NCBI GenBank assembly: GCA_028713045.1
Contig: JAQTOY010000003.1
Span: 1 to 45,585, forward strand
DNA from: Candidatus Nanoarchaeia archaeon
GTDB lineage: Archaea; Nanobdellota; Nanobdellia; Pacearchaeales; GW2011-AR1
DNA: 45,585 nt
Reading direction: 5' to 3'
Below are positions 8,286-17,711 of this stretch, piece after piece. The notes below the pieces were generated by a model. That model was not told the DNA's origin, made no database searches, and saw only the letters and a program-made list of their open reading frames with translations. The position numbers and the translations under genes were made by a program. How positions within the stretch are numbered: position 1 is the first letter of the stretch; every line of letters starts with the position of its first letter.

Positions 8286-9488
8286 TTAATTTTTATGATT
8301 GTTGACAATTTTATAAACTTCATCTCCTTTTCTGCATAAAGGCAGTTTTATTCCAATTTCTTCGCCTTTTTTTGCTTCATTGATTTGTTGATGGTTCCTC
8401 TGCATGCTTTCAACTTTTGTTTTTAATACTCCGGTTATTTTTCCTATTATAAAAATTTCATCTCCGATTTTAATTTTTCCAGCGTTCATTCTTATTAATC
8501 CTACATTTATTCTGGAATAATAATGATAAATTTTACCAATAAATTCTTTATGATGAGTTGCAGAGCTGTTCTCAGTTTCTGTAAAGTCATCAGAGGTAGG
8601 AGTTCTTAAATAAAAACCCGAAGAAAAACCTTTGTTATAGACTTTTTTTAATTCTTTAATGCTCTCTTCCAATTCTTTTTTAGTCAATCTTTTATCAATC
8701 GCTTTTCTATATATTTTAGTAACTGCATAGACATATTCTGGCTCCCTATTTCTTCCTTCTATTTTAAAGGCCTTTATATTTGCTTTTTTTAATTTTTCAA
8801 TGAATGGCAAGGCACATAAATCTTTTGCTGATAAAATGAAATTATTATCTATCCTTAATTCATTTCCTTCCTCGTCCTTTACATTGTATAATCTTCTGCA
8901 AGGATGTAGGCATTCACCTCTGTTTGCAGATTTGTCAAATAAAAATTGAGAAGTAAAGCATCTTCCTGAAACTGAAACACACATTGCCCCATGGACAAAG
9001 GTTTCAATTGGAAGAATCCTGGAAATTTTTTTAATCTGGCTTAAATTCAATTCTCTTGCCAATATTACCCTTTCTGCACCAATTTTTTCGTAGAATCTTG
9101 CGGTTTCTGAGTTTGAGATAGAGCATTGCGTTGATACATGAAAAGGAATTTTATATTTTTTGCAAATCAGAATAACTGCAATGTCTGAGCAGATTATTGC
9201 ATCCACATACGGCTTGGATTTTTTAATAATTGATTCTAACTTTTTAAGCTCTTTATCATAAATTATGGTGTTTAGAGTAAGATAATTTTTTACCTCATTT
9301 TTTTTGCATATCTCTCTTATTTTTGGTAAATCTTTCAATCTGAAATTTTTCGCTCTGGCCCTCATATTAAAATTTTGCAGTCCAAAATACACAGCATCTG
9401 CTCCTGCTTGTATTGCTGCCTGAAGGCATTCAAAATCTCCTGCCGGAGATAGGAGTTCAATTTTTGATTTTTTATTCGTAGATTTCAT
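8286..9488 (-). CDS. Peptidase U32 family protein
   Basis: 'ELLSPAGDFECLQAAIQAGADAVYFG...FNMRA', 'EGRNREPEYV' and the overall length are typical of U32 family members. Confidence 0.8.
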   Translation of the reverse strand: MKSTNKKSKIELLSPAGDFECLQAAIQAGADAVYFGLQNFNMRARAKNFRLKDLPKIREICKKNEVKNYLTLNTIIYDKELKKLESIIKKSKPYVDAIICSDIAVILICKKYKIPFHVSTQCSISNSETARFYEKIGAERVILARELNLSQIKKISRILPIETFVHGAMCVSVSGRCFTSQFLFDKSANRGECLHPCRRLYNVKDEEGNELRIDNNFILSAKDLCALPFIEKLKKANIKAFKIEGRNREPEYVYAVTKIYRKAIDKRLTKKELEESIKELKKVYNKGFSSGFYLRTPTSDDFTETENSSATHHKEFIGKIYHYYSRINVGLIRMNAGKIKIGDEIFIIGKITGVLKTKVESMQRNHQQINEAKKGEEIGIKLPLCRKGDEVYKIVNNHKN

Positions 9489-9743
9489 TGTTTAAACAAA
9501 TAAAACTAGTTTTTAACCCTTGTGAAATCTCCATTTTAAAGAATTGAGGCCCAGGTATATTTTTCTAGGTCTCACAAATTAAAAGGCATTTTCAATATTA
9601 AAATATAAATAGTAAATGCTCCTTAATTTCAAAACCTAAGTTTAGTCCCACGATTTTGCTGGGATTATGACTCTGAAGGTTTTGTGATGATTGTTGTTTT
9701 ATTTTTTAATAAACTTTATAAACTATAAAATTTTGTTTAAATT

Positions 9744-9851
9744 ATGAAAAGAGTAGGTATGATTTTATCTTTGTTTGTAAGTTATTCATTAATGTTTTAT
9801 TTGACTTATGATTTTGATTTAATAGCTAATGGCTTTATTCTTCTTAGCTAA
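9744..9851 (+). CDS. Candidate 35-aa hydrophobic micro-protein
   Basis: TTTATAAA at 9715-9722 lies exactly 22 nt before ATG 9744. Sequence 'MKRVGMILSLFVSYSLMFYLTYDFDLIANGFILLS'. Too short for the ORF track. Confidence 0.35.
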   Translation: MKRVGMILSLFVSYSLMFYLTYDFDLIANGFILLS

Positions 9852-9919
9852 TTTTTATTAATTAATCTAGATAGCAGCTTTTCAATAGATATTTAAGCTT
9901 TTATCTTTTAATTTTAGAT

Positions 9920-10750
9920 ATGGGAGCTAATGCGAACACAAATATTGAACCTTATTGGGATTTAATCAAGAGAATTATCCAGGAATCGGATATTTTGCTT
10001 GAGATTCTTGATGCTCGATTAGTTGAGCTTTCAAGAAATGAGGAGGTTGAAAAATTAATCTCTGAGGTTGGAAGGCCAATTATTTTTGTTATAAACAAAA
10101 CGGATTTGGCAGATAAAAATAAGGTCAAGGAACAAGTTCTAGAATTGGAAAAAAAAGGGGAAGTTGTTTATATCTCTGCAAAGGACAAAAGCTCTTTTAA
10201 AATCCTTCTTTATATGATTAAAAAGGTTTTTAGCGAATATGGCAAAAGAAAAGGAACTGAAAAACCATTGCATAGAGAAGCAAAAGCAGATATTGTTGTT
10301 GGGGTTTTGGGATATCCAAATGTTGGAAAATCTTCAATAATAAACTTACTATGCCATAGAAAAAAGGCAAAAGTTTCAAGAAAGCCTGGGACAACCCATG
10401 GAATACATTGGATAAGAGCTACACCTGAAATTAAACTTATTGATAGTCCGGGGGTGATTCCTCTTTCTAAGGAGGATGATATAAGATATGGATTGATTGG
10501 AGCAAGAGGGGAGGAGACCTTAAGGCATCCAGATGTTGTTGCATACGCAGTTATAAGATTATTTTTGGAAAAAAATAAGAAAAAATTGGAAAAGTTTTAC
10601 GATATTGTTATTGAAGATGAAAATCCAGAAGAAATTATACTGCAAATCGCAAGAAGAAGGAATTTCTTGATTAAAGGCGGAGAATTAGATGAGAACAGAG
10701 TTTTTAGTTTAATTGTTAGGGATTGGCAGGACGGAACATTAAGATTGTAA
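9920..10750 (+). CDS. Circularly permuted YlqF/YawG-family ribosome-biogenesis GTPase
   Basis: G4 'NKTDL' precedes G1 'GYPNVGKSSIIN' and G3 'DSPG'. Confidence 0.8.
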   Translation: MGANANTNIEPYWDLIKRIIQESDILLEILDARLVELSRNEEVEKLISEVGRPIIFVINKTDLADKNKVKEQVLELEKKGEVVYISAKDKSSFKILLYMIKKVFSEYGKRKGTEKPLHREAKADIVVGVLGYPNVGKSSIINLLCHRKKAKVSRKPGTTHGIHWIRATPEIKLIDSPGVIPLSKEDDIRYGLIGARGEETLRHPDVVAYAVIRLFLEKNKKKLEKFYDIVIEDENPEEIILQIARRRNFLIKGGELDENRVFSLIVRDWQDGTLRL

Positions 10751-10835
10751 AGGCTTATAAATTTAATTTTCTATAATTATTTAATTATAACGAAACTTTG
10801 TCAGATTATTATACTCAAATGATAAGGTGTATAAA

Positions 10836-11084
10836 ATGGGAGGATCTAGTACTGCGGAAGTAGAATTTTTCTTTGTAGAACCTGAACAAAGGAGAATTTT
10901 AGAACGAAGAGTAGATTTTTTGATTGAAGCTATTTTAAAATGGAGAGAACAAAAATATTCCGAGGGCTTTTTAGATACACTTAAGGCAAGAGATCGTGAT
11001 GATTTAGATTATCTTTGTATTCATGTTCCTTGTGATCCACGTCCTTATATAAGAAGGTATGATGAAGGAGTAAGAATTAGTTAA
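10836..11084 (+). CDS. Orphan 82-aa Arg/Asp-rich protein
   Basis: ATG 10836 is preceded by the SD-like 'AAGGTG'. No recognisable motif. Composition is unlike the Lys/Ile/Asn-rich neighbours. Confidence 0.5.
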   Translation: MGGSSTAEVEFFFVEPEQRRILERRVDFLIEAILKWREQKYSEGFLDTLKARDRDDLDYLCIHVPCDPRPYIRRYDEGVRIS

Positions 11085-11088
11085 AAGA

Positions 11089-11805
11089 TTAGATTATTCT
11101 AGCATCTATAATCTTCACTTCTTTTAATGGTCTATCATTGCGGTCTGTTTGGACTTTTGCTATTTTATCGATAACATCCATGCCCTCAATTACTTCTCCA
11201 AAAGCAGGATGCTTGGAATCAAGAAAATTGTTATTGACTAGATTTATGAAGAATTGGCTGCTTCCGGTGTTAGGCCCTGCATTTGCCATGGATATTGTGC
11301 CTCTATTATTTTTATTTCCGCCGTTATGGGTAAATTCATCCTTTATATTAGGTATATTTTGGTCTCCGTAACCGGTTCCTGTTGGATCTCCGCCCTGTAT
11401 CATGAATCCATTAATTATTCTATGAAAAATAACTCCATTGTAAACTCCATTCTGAATAAGCTTTTTGAAGTTGCCGGTTGTAATCGGCATGTCATCATAT
11501 AGCTGTATTTTTATATCGCCCATATTTGTTTTTAATAGAACAATATTGCTGTCTGTTTTTATTGTATTTCCGGTCATTGTATTTTGATTAACATTTATTA
11601 TATTGTTGATTATTATATTTTTAGCAGGGGTTTTATAAACAACTCCCGCTATTATAAGGATTATGATTATTGCCAGTATTATAAATATTCCTCTTTTGTG
11701 GGTAGCAGGCTCTTCATTTCTGGATGAAGAGGATTGCATTGGTTTACCTGTGGTTTGTTCTTGAATTTTATTAGCAGGGTTTGTTGCCTTTTCTTGTTCT
11801 TCCAT
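11089..11805 (-). CDS. Cyclophilin-type peptidyl-prolyl isomerase with N-terminal membrane anchor
   Basis: 'FHRIINGFMIQGGDP', 'GTISMANAGPNTGSSQFFI', and TM 'IFIILAIIIILIIAGVV'. Confidence 0.9.
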   Translation of the reverse strand: MEEQEKATNPANKIQEQTTGKPMQSSSSRNEEPATHKRGIFIILAIIIILIIAGVVYKTPAKNIIINNIINVNQNTMTGNTIKTDSNIVLLKTNMGDIKIQLYDDMPITTGNFKKLIQNGVYNGVIFHRIINGFMIQGGDPTGTGYGDQNIPNIKDEFTHNGGNKNNRGTISMANAGPNTGSSQFFINLVNNNFLDSKHPAFGEVIEGMDVIDKIAKVQTDRNDRPLKEVKIIDARII

Positions 11806-11903
11806 TATATTTCAAGGTTTTTTATGATTTTTAAATATTATTAGCTTTGATAAATCTTCAATTAAGTTTATAAAGGGTCATTTTTTCAGTCAATCAATTA
11901 TAG

Positions 11904-12401
11904 ATGACAAATATGGAAAAAGAAAAATTTAGTATAGAAAAATTGAAGGAGGAATATCAAATATTAAAAAATAAATACAATCTTCCGGGATTCTCTGAGT
12001 TGAATGAACTGTTTGATATAGAAGAAATTGAGGACGAAACCGATTACCTTTTAAGAAAAATAAGAAGGGCTATATCTGAAAAAACTTCGGGTTATCTTAG
12101 ATTTGTGGAAACAATTCTTAATCCAAGTAATGCTCCAATCTTTTTCTTCAAACTCGTTAAAAAATTGGAAAGTGAGGATAAGGAATTTTTATCAAAGGTT
12201 TACGATATACTTGGAAATTTTGAGATTGAGGTGATTGCACTTGAGCTGGATTATTCAGAAGAGAAAGAAGCAGAATTTATAAAAAGAGTTTATAATATTT
12301 TCAATGATGAAATAAAGGAGCATTTTTTAAAGATTATAAAAAAATTGGAAAATGGAGACAGCGACAAAAGAAAAGAAAGTAATGGAAGTTATTTTGGGTG
12401 A
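11904..12401 (+). CDS. Hypothetical acidic protein
   Basis: 165-aa ORF. TTTATAAA at 11867-11874 lies upstream. No motif recognised. Confidence 0.55.
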   Translation: MTNMEKEKFSIEKLKEEYQILKNKYNLPGFSELNELFDIEEIEDETDYLLRKIRRAISEKTSGYLRFVETILNPSNAPIFFFKLVKKLESEDKEFLSKVYDILGNFEIEVIALELDYSEEKEAEFIKRVYNIFNDEIKEHFLKIIKKLENGDSDKRKESNGSYFG

Positions 12402-12455
12402 ATAAAACTTAGTTGATTAATCTTTCAAGTCTAATTCTAAACTTGGATAGCAGGT

Positions 12456-14114
12456 TCATTGGAATAATTGATTTATATCTAATTCTAACGAAGAGACCGG
12501 CATCATTATTTTATTATTTTTTAATACAAAAGGATGGATTTCCCCAAGAAATCCTGCGGATTGATTGTTGATTATTATTTCTCCGCACCTTCCCTCAATA
12601 AATGAGGGATGGGAGAATTCCTCTATTTCATATTTTAAATTGAGCATTTTTGCAAGATAATCTAAAACTTGTTTTATCTCAGTGAAATTAGCTTTTTCAT
12701 GGCATAGAGAGACGCATAGTTTTTCTTTTTCACCGATTCCGGTTTCAGATTTATTGTCATTAAAAAATATCCTTCCTAATTCAAAAATTTTTTGAGGGTA
12801 GGCAGAATCAAGGTTTTCGCTTAGAACTGCAATGGAATTTGCCAATAAAGAAGCCCTTAGGATATTGTTCTCTGTTTTTGAATCAATAACTTCAATAGTT
12901 TCATCAAGAAATTCTTTTACTCCAATGTTTTTGAATTGCTTTTCTTTTGTTGAAAGATGGTAGGTTGATATTTCTATTAATCCCAATCCAATTAAAATCT
13001 CTGCGATTTTTCTTTTTCTTATTGAAATGGCATTTTCTTCTCCTATTGTTGAAATCTTAGGTATTTCTGGAACTAAATTCTCATATCCATAGGCTATTGC
13101 AATATCTTCTATAATATCAACTTCATGTAGAATGTCTGTCCTATAACTAGGAATTAATGCGAAGCATTGATTTTTTTCTTTTCCATAACCGAGGCCCATT
13201 TTTTCAAGATTTTCTTTTATTTCTTTTTCATTTAGATTAATTCCTATTACTTTATTGACATTTTCAATTGAAAAATGCATTTTTTCAGGTTCAAGGTTAG
13301 GAGAAAGCTCTTTTTTACCCGATTCAAAGATTTCCATAGCATAAACCTTTCCACCCATGTCTGCCAGGGCAGTTACTATCATGTTTATTGCCTTTTTTTG
13401 AAATTCAAGATTAAATCCTGAGACTTCAATGAAAACTTCTTTAGTATTCTCATCAATTTTTCCGGTTTTATGCGAATTAATTATTGGTGGCATTGATAGA
13501 ATTTCTCCTTTTGCATCTTCAAAAATCGGAAAGATTTCTGCATCTTGCAGTAAATGTCCATATTCCCTTCCAGTTGGATGCTGGGATAATATCTGTCTTC
13601 CATTTATTTCTCTTGGAAATTCCAAAGGTTGGAATTTGATTTCTTCTGGTTTTTCAGCATAATATTTTATTGGAAGGGTAATTGCTTCAAGAGGATAAAT
13701 TCCAATTGCCATTTTTTTTCTGTTTCTTCCATACCCTGTATGAAGCTTTTCTTGAATATCGATTATCTCTTTTATTTTTTCATCTGTAAATCTAAGATTT
13801 TTAACAATCGCACAAGCGATAAATGGCCTTACTCTTTTTACAGATTTATCTATTGTTACTGAATAATTCTTTTCAGGTTTTTCAACCTTGTATTCCTTTA
13901 GTCCAGGTTTTTTTCCTAAAAAGGATTGAACTCCTCTAATAAATCCCTGCATTGATAAAAAGTCGGGCCGGTTTGGAGTAATGTCTACAGATATAGTTTC
14001 TTCGTTAAAATCTTCAACCGGAGTTCCCATCATAGAAATTTTTTCTATCATGTTTGGAGTTATTTTTCCAATATGTTTTTCAAGTTCTTTTCTGTCTAAA
14101 GTAAACGTCGCCAT
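12456..14114 (-). CDS. pheT: Phenylalanyl-tRNA synthetase beta subunit (archaeal type)
   Basis: 552 aa. 'TPNRPDFLSMQGFIRG', 'IPSYRTDILHEVDIIEDIAIAYGY'. Operon partner of pheS. Confidence 0.9.
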   Translation of the reverse strand: MATFTLDRKELEKHIGKITPNMIEKISMMGTPVEDFNEETISVDITPNRPDFLSMQGFIRGVQSFLGKKPGLKEYKVEKPEKNYSVTIDKSVKRVRPFIACAIVKNLRFTDEKIKEIIDIQEKLHTGYGRNRKKMAIGIYPLEAITLPIKYYAEKPEEIKFQPLEFPREINGRQILSQHPTGREYGHLLQDAEIFPIFEDAKGEILSMPPIINSHKTGKIDENTKEVFIEVSGFNLEFQKKAINMIVTALADMGGKVYAMEIFESGKKELSPNLEPEKMHFSIENVNKVIGINLNEKEIKENLEKMGLGYGKEKNQCFALIPSYRTDILHEVDIIEDIAIAYGYENLVPEIPKISTIGEENAISIRKRKIAEILIGLGLIEISTYHLSTKEKQFKNIGVKEFLDETIEVIDSKTENNILRASLLANSIAVLSENLDSAYPQKIFELGRIFFNDNKSETGIGEKEKLCVSLCHEKANFTEIKQVLDYLAKMLNLKYEIEEFSHPSFIEGRCGEIIINNQSAGFLGEIHPFVLKNNKIMMPVSSLELDINQLFQ

Positions 14115-14115
14115 G

Positions 14116-14379
14116 TTATTTCATTTCTATTATATAAAATCCGAATTTTTTAATATCGTCTATATCCCACATTTCAACGGGATTTAGTTTTATTATGCTT
14201 CCTGTTTTTTTCTTTATTTTTCTTCCAGTATATTTTTTTGTTTTAGGTTCATATTCTTCTAATATCAATGTATCTCCTTCATTTATTTCAAAATCAGCTA
14301 ACCTTAAATCGAAATTCTTCTTTCCTTCAAGTACTTTCTCAAAAAGTTCGGGCCAGGTTTTTTTATGTATTTCTTTCAT
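14116..14379 (-). CDS. ASCH/DUF3850-like small RNA-binding-fold protein
   Basis: 'KKTWPELFEKVLEGKKNFDLRLADFEINEGDTLILEEY....YTGRKI' fits the DUF3850 pattern. Its stop is 1 nt before the pheT ATG. 'GGAG' lies 8 nt upstream of its ATG. Confidence 0.6.
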   Translation of the reverse strand: MKEIHKKTWPELFEKVLEGKKNFDLRLADFEINEGDTLILEEYEPKTKKYTGRKIKKKTGSIIKLNPVEMWDIDDIKKFGFYIIEMK

Positions 14380-14428
14380 TTATTTACTCCAAATTTTCAT
14401 TTTCTGAAGCTTCGTAAGAAGCGAAGAT

Positions 14429-14465
14429 ATGAGAATATGGGAGATTAGCGATTCCATATTCTCAT
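14429..14465 (-). promoter_or_regulatory. 12-bp perfect stem-loop straddling the pheS stop codon
   Basis: 'ATGAGAATATGG' (14429-14440) is the reverse complement of 'CCATATTCTCAT' (14454-14465). The 13-nt loop contains the stop codon at 14445-14447. A second 5-bp hairpin lies at 14409-14422. Confidence 0.55.
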
Positions 14466-15977
14466 TTCTCTTGATTTATTTAAATCATTAGCATACATTT
14501 CCCTTAAATCTTTTATTTCATAAAATTCCATTATTATCCTATCAAATCCCGGTCCCCAGGCTAATACGGGAATATGTTTTCCAAAAAAAGGAATCGTTAC
14601 TTCGGGACGAAACATTCCTGCCCCCCCAAGTTCAAGCCATTTTTTATGTACTGGATGATAAATATCAATTTCTAAACTTGGTTCAGTAAAAGGGTAATAG
14701 GTGGGTTTAATTCTTATTTTTTCATATCCCATTTTTTTAAAGAATTCTGTTAAATATCCTAATAATTGTCTAAAATTTGCATTTTCATCTATAACTATTC
14801 CTTCAGTCATATTGAAATCAAAAGCATGACTCCAATCTACAGTTTCATTTCTGAAAACTTTTCCAAGGGCAAAATATTTTGCAGGAAACTCTTTATTATC
14901 TGCTATTTTTTTTAAGGTTTGTGCTGAAAGGCAGGTTGTATGTGTTCTTAAGAGAACTTTTTTTGCATCATCTTCTTTCCATTCATACTGCCAACCTTTG
15001 CTGCCTTTAATCTTTCCTTCATGCGCTTTTTTTACTTCTTCAACTAAGGTTTTATCTGGAAGTTTTGCTGTTTTATTTTTAATAAAAAAAGTATCTTGCA
15101 TTTCCCTTGATGGGTGATCTTGTGGGCTGAATAGTGTATCAAAATTCCAGAATCCTGAAACAGTAAGGTTTCCAGTCATTTCCTTGAAGCCCATTTCAAG
15201 CCATATTTTCTTTGCGTAATCTGTGGCTTGATTTACAAAATGCCTTTTTCCTCCAAAAATTCTTGGAACTTGGCTTTTAAGGTCATATCTCCTGAACTTT
15301 TTTCCTTTCCAGCTTCCTGATTGTATTATGGATGGAGTTACTGGTTCAATCATCCCCTTTAAAGATGAGAAATCATGACTAATCAAGCGTTCGCCTAATT
15401 TTGTAAGTCCAATTTCAATTGTTTTTTTATCATTTAGTTCTATTATTTCTTTTCTTGATTTCAGATTATTAAAAGCATATCTTTCTTCTGGCTTTAAATC
15501 TTCTAGTTTTTTTGGAAGAGTTTCTAAAAATCTTTCCTCCAAGGTTTTTGAGGTTATTTCTTCTTTGCTTCCGGCTATAACTAAGTTTTCATTAAGTACA
15601 TTAATCAGTGCCTTTTTCTTTAAAACACCTATGGCAGCTTTGAATTCATTTTCATTTAATCCGGATTGCCTTTGAGCCTCTTTTAGCGAAATAGAATTTT
15701 TTTCACATACAAGATTCGCCAATCTTCTTTCAGGAAGGTTGTGTTTAGTATAAAGGATTCCATTTATACCAAGTTCAATCATTTTTTCCTGTTTTGTTTT
15801 TAATTCAACAATTTTTTTGTTTGAAAGAAATTCCAACGCTCTTAATGTAGAAGTGTTGTCCAAACCAGATTTTTCAGTTATTTTTATAAGATTATGCTCT
15901 TTTAAAAAAGGGAGAATTTTTATCTCATTAGGGCTTAATGATTCAACTATTCTATCAATTTCATTGATTTCAGCCAT
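14445..15977 (-). CDS. pheS: Phenylalanyl-tRNA synthetase alpha subunit (archaeal type)
   Basis: 510 aa with class II motifs: 'LLRTHTT', 'GKVFRNE', 'GAGMFRPEV', 'AWGPGFDRI'. Confidence 0.9.
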   Translation of the reverse strand: MAEINEIDRIVESLSPNEIKILPFLKEHNLIKITEKSGLDNTSTLRALEFLSNKKIVELKTKQEKMIELGINGILYTKHNLPERRLANLVCEKNSISLKEAQRQSGLNENEFKAAIGVLKKKALINVLNENLVIAGSKEEITSKTLEERFLETLPKKLEDLKPEERYAFNNLKSRKEIIELNDKKTIEIGLTKLGERLISHDFSSLKGMIEPVTPSIIQSGSWKGKKFRRYDLKSQVPRIFGGKRHFVNQATDYAKKIWLEMGFKEMTGNLTVSGFWNFDTLFSPQDHPSREMQDTFFIKNKTAKLPDKTLVEEVKKAHEGKIKGSKGWQYEWKEDDAKKVLLRTHTTCLSAQTLKKIADNKEFPAKYFALGKVFRNETVDWSHAFDFNMTEGIVIDENANFRQLLGYLTEFFKKMGYEKIRIKPTYYPFTEPSLEIDIYHPVHKKWLELGGAGMFRPEVTIPFFGKHIPVLAWGPGFDRIIMEFYEIKDLREMYANDLNKSREMRIWNR

Positions 15978-15998
15978 ATTTAATAATAGAAATAGAGT

Positions 15999-16006
15999 TT
16001 TATAAA
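15999..16006 (-). promoter_or_regulatory. TATA box TTTATAAA, 22 nt before pheS ATG 15977
   Basis: Exact octamer and exact spacing. Confidence 0.6.
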
Positions 16007-16011
16007 GTTAA

Positions 16012-16449
16012 TCAAATCATTTCAGTCGAGCCTTTTAAACTGGTTATGAACGCAATTACATCTGTTTTTTTATATTCATTCTCAGGCCAAAGGACAATTT
16101 TTGTTCTTGTTCTTTTGCATAACTGGATATTTTGCAGGATTCTTGCAAGAACCCTGGCTTTTTCCTTTTTATCAAGCTTTTGCAATCCTGAAATATCAAT
16201 GGCAATTTTCACCTTGTTTTCCTTTGCTAATCTGCATAAATGTTCATTTAAACCAGAATCCCTTTGTTTTAATGGTTCTTTTCTATCATGGAGTTCAGGC
16301 GCAAATAAAACTTCAACTCCGGGGATTTCAAGTACTTTTTTATTGAATTCTTCATCCTGGGCTTTGACTACAATAGGTTGGTTTTCTTTCTTAAGGTTCT
16401 GAATCTGTTTTCTAAGTTCGTTAAAATTACTAGTATTTATTATTGTCAT
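16012..16449 (-). CDS. Possible short RNase P protein subunit Rpp30-like protein
   Basis: 'KVKIAIDISGLQKLDKKEKARVLARILQNIQLCKRTRTKIVLW' resembles the C-terminal half of the Rpp30 pattern. At 145 aa it is much shorter than a normal Rpp30. Confidence 0.35.
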   Translation of the reverse strand: MTIINTSNFNELRKQIQNLKKENQPIVVKAQDEEFNKKVLEIPGVEVLFAPELHDRKEPLKQRDSGLNEHLCRLAKENKVKIAIDISGLQKLDKKEKARVLARILQNIQLCKRTRTKIVLWPENEYKKTDVIAFITSLKGSTEMI

Positions 16450-16461
16450 TTTTATATTACC

Positions 16462-17151
16462 TCAAAAAATCACGCTTCCGATAAAATGCCGATCATTTAA
16501 TAGATTATCCAGGTTTTTCAGGTCAGGCCCTATAATATAGGAGGGTATTTTATATTTTTTTATTATTTTTGCTGCTTTTTGGTCTAATATGAAATGCTGT
16601 CCTGGCTTGAATTTTGTTTGAGTTGCTAATTTATAAAATTCTTCATGGCTTATTTCTGGAATGAATTTTGCATTTTTATATATTAATGGATTTTTGTCAT
16701 GAAGTCCTGAAACATTTGTGAGATTTATAAAAGAAGTTCTGAAATGCCTGGCGAGTTTTACTGAGGTTGCGTCTGAAGTTTCATTTGGAGCGTATCTTAA
16801 TGCTCCGCAAAAAACAATATCATGAATTTTTAGAAGATTCTCCACGTCTTTCATGTCATTGGGCATTCCTTGATTTGCCTCTCTGCCAAAAAAATAAGTC
16901 ATGAATCTTGCATTAAGTCTTGTTGATGCAATGCCTAAAAGGCCTTGCAGATATTCTTTTTTTAGGATGTTTTCCTCCTCTAGTCCTTTTATATAAGTTC
17001 TTGCGGTCTGACCTCCTCCGCAAACAACGACAAACTTGTATTTTTTAGTGTTTTTTAAGAGAACATTTTTGAAATTCTGCAATAGATGAACCTGGATTTT
17101 ATCCGGAACTATCAAACTTCCTCCTAAACTGATTACAATTATTTTCTTCAT
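16462..17151 (-). CDS. pyrH: Archaeal-type uridylate (UMP) kinase, amino-acid-kinase fold
   Basis: 'IIVISLGGSLIVP', 'VVVCGGGQTARTYI', 'GIASTRLNARF', 'SDATSVKLA', 'LTNVSGLHDKNP'. Confidence 0.65.
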   Translation of the reverse strand: MKKIIVISLGGSLIVPDKIQVHLLQNFKNVLLKNTKKYKFVVVCGGGQTARTYIKGLEEENILKKEYLQGLLGIASTRLNARFMTYFFGREANQGMPNDMKDVENLLKIHDIVFCGALRYAPNETSDATSVKLARHFRTSFINLTNVSGLHDKNPLIYKNAKFIPEISHEEFYKLATQTKFKPGQHFILDQKAAKIIKKYKIPSYIIGPDLKNLDNLLNDRHFIGSVIF

Positions 17152-17171
17152 CTTTACCTCTTTAAATTTAA

Positions 17172-17456
17172 TTATACAGTAAATAATTTATTATCTGTTA
17201 CTTCAAAGATTTTTAATCTGGCTCCTGCGTCCAGCCAGCCATGAGCGTAATTAAGGCATGCAAAGCTATTTACATAATCTCCTTTTTTTTCAAAATGTTT
17301 TGAATCGAACAGATAACATTCAACCATTTGGATTATTTCATGGGATTGAATTTCCTTTCCTTTTGCAATTGATTTTTTTGCTATTGCCAATGCTTTTGAT
17401 GTAATATTATAATACTTGTTTATTTTTGATTTTTTTATTTTGTCATCTATTTTCAT
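17172..17456 (-). CDS. DUF357-like small archaeal protein
   Basis: 'YLFDSKHFEKKGDYVNSFACLNYAHGWLDAGARL'. TATA-like 'TATTTAAA' (17478-17485) is exactly 22 nt upstream. Confidence 0.5.
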   Translation of the reverse strand: MKIDDKIKKSKINKYYNITSKALAIAKKSIAKGKEIQSHEIIQMVECYLFDSKHFEKKGDYVNSFACLNYAHGWLDAGARLKIFEVTDNKLFTV

Positions 17457-17621
17457 ATTACTTTTAATATAACTAAGTTTAAATATATTCTCTAAAATGG
17501 CATATAAATATAACTTACATTTTATACATCATTGTAAAAAAAGGTTTTGAATATTCTTTTTTCATAAATACCCTTTCAATTACCTAAATCATTTAAAAAG
17601 CGAATTGATTGCTAAGGTTAC

Positions 17622-17670
17622 CAAAAAGAGGAATCGGGAGAGGAAATTTTTCTTCTCCCCTTCCTTTTTG
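17622..17670 (-). terminator. Extended imperfect hairpin downstream of the 17712..18428 gene
   Basis: Outer 7-bp stem (17622-17628 with 17664-17670) plus inner 9-bp stem (17636-17644 with 17651-17659). The descending arm contains a T5 run on the minus strand. Confidence 0.4.
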
Positions 17671-17711
17671 TAGAATTTTTTGAAGAAAAATTATTATTTA
17701 TATGAAATTTA

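Noticed and set aside
9673-9690. Possible C/D-box sRNA: 'GTGATGA' at 9684-9690 and 'CTGA' at 9673-9676.
   Set aside because: The box order is wrong because the CTGA precedes the C box. There is no downstream D box within 60 nt and no terminal stem. The minus strand does not give the motifs either.
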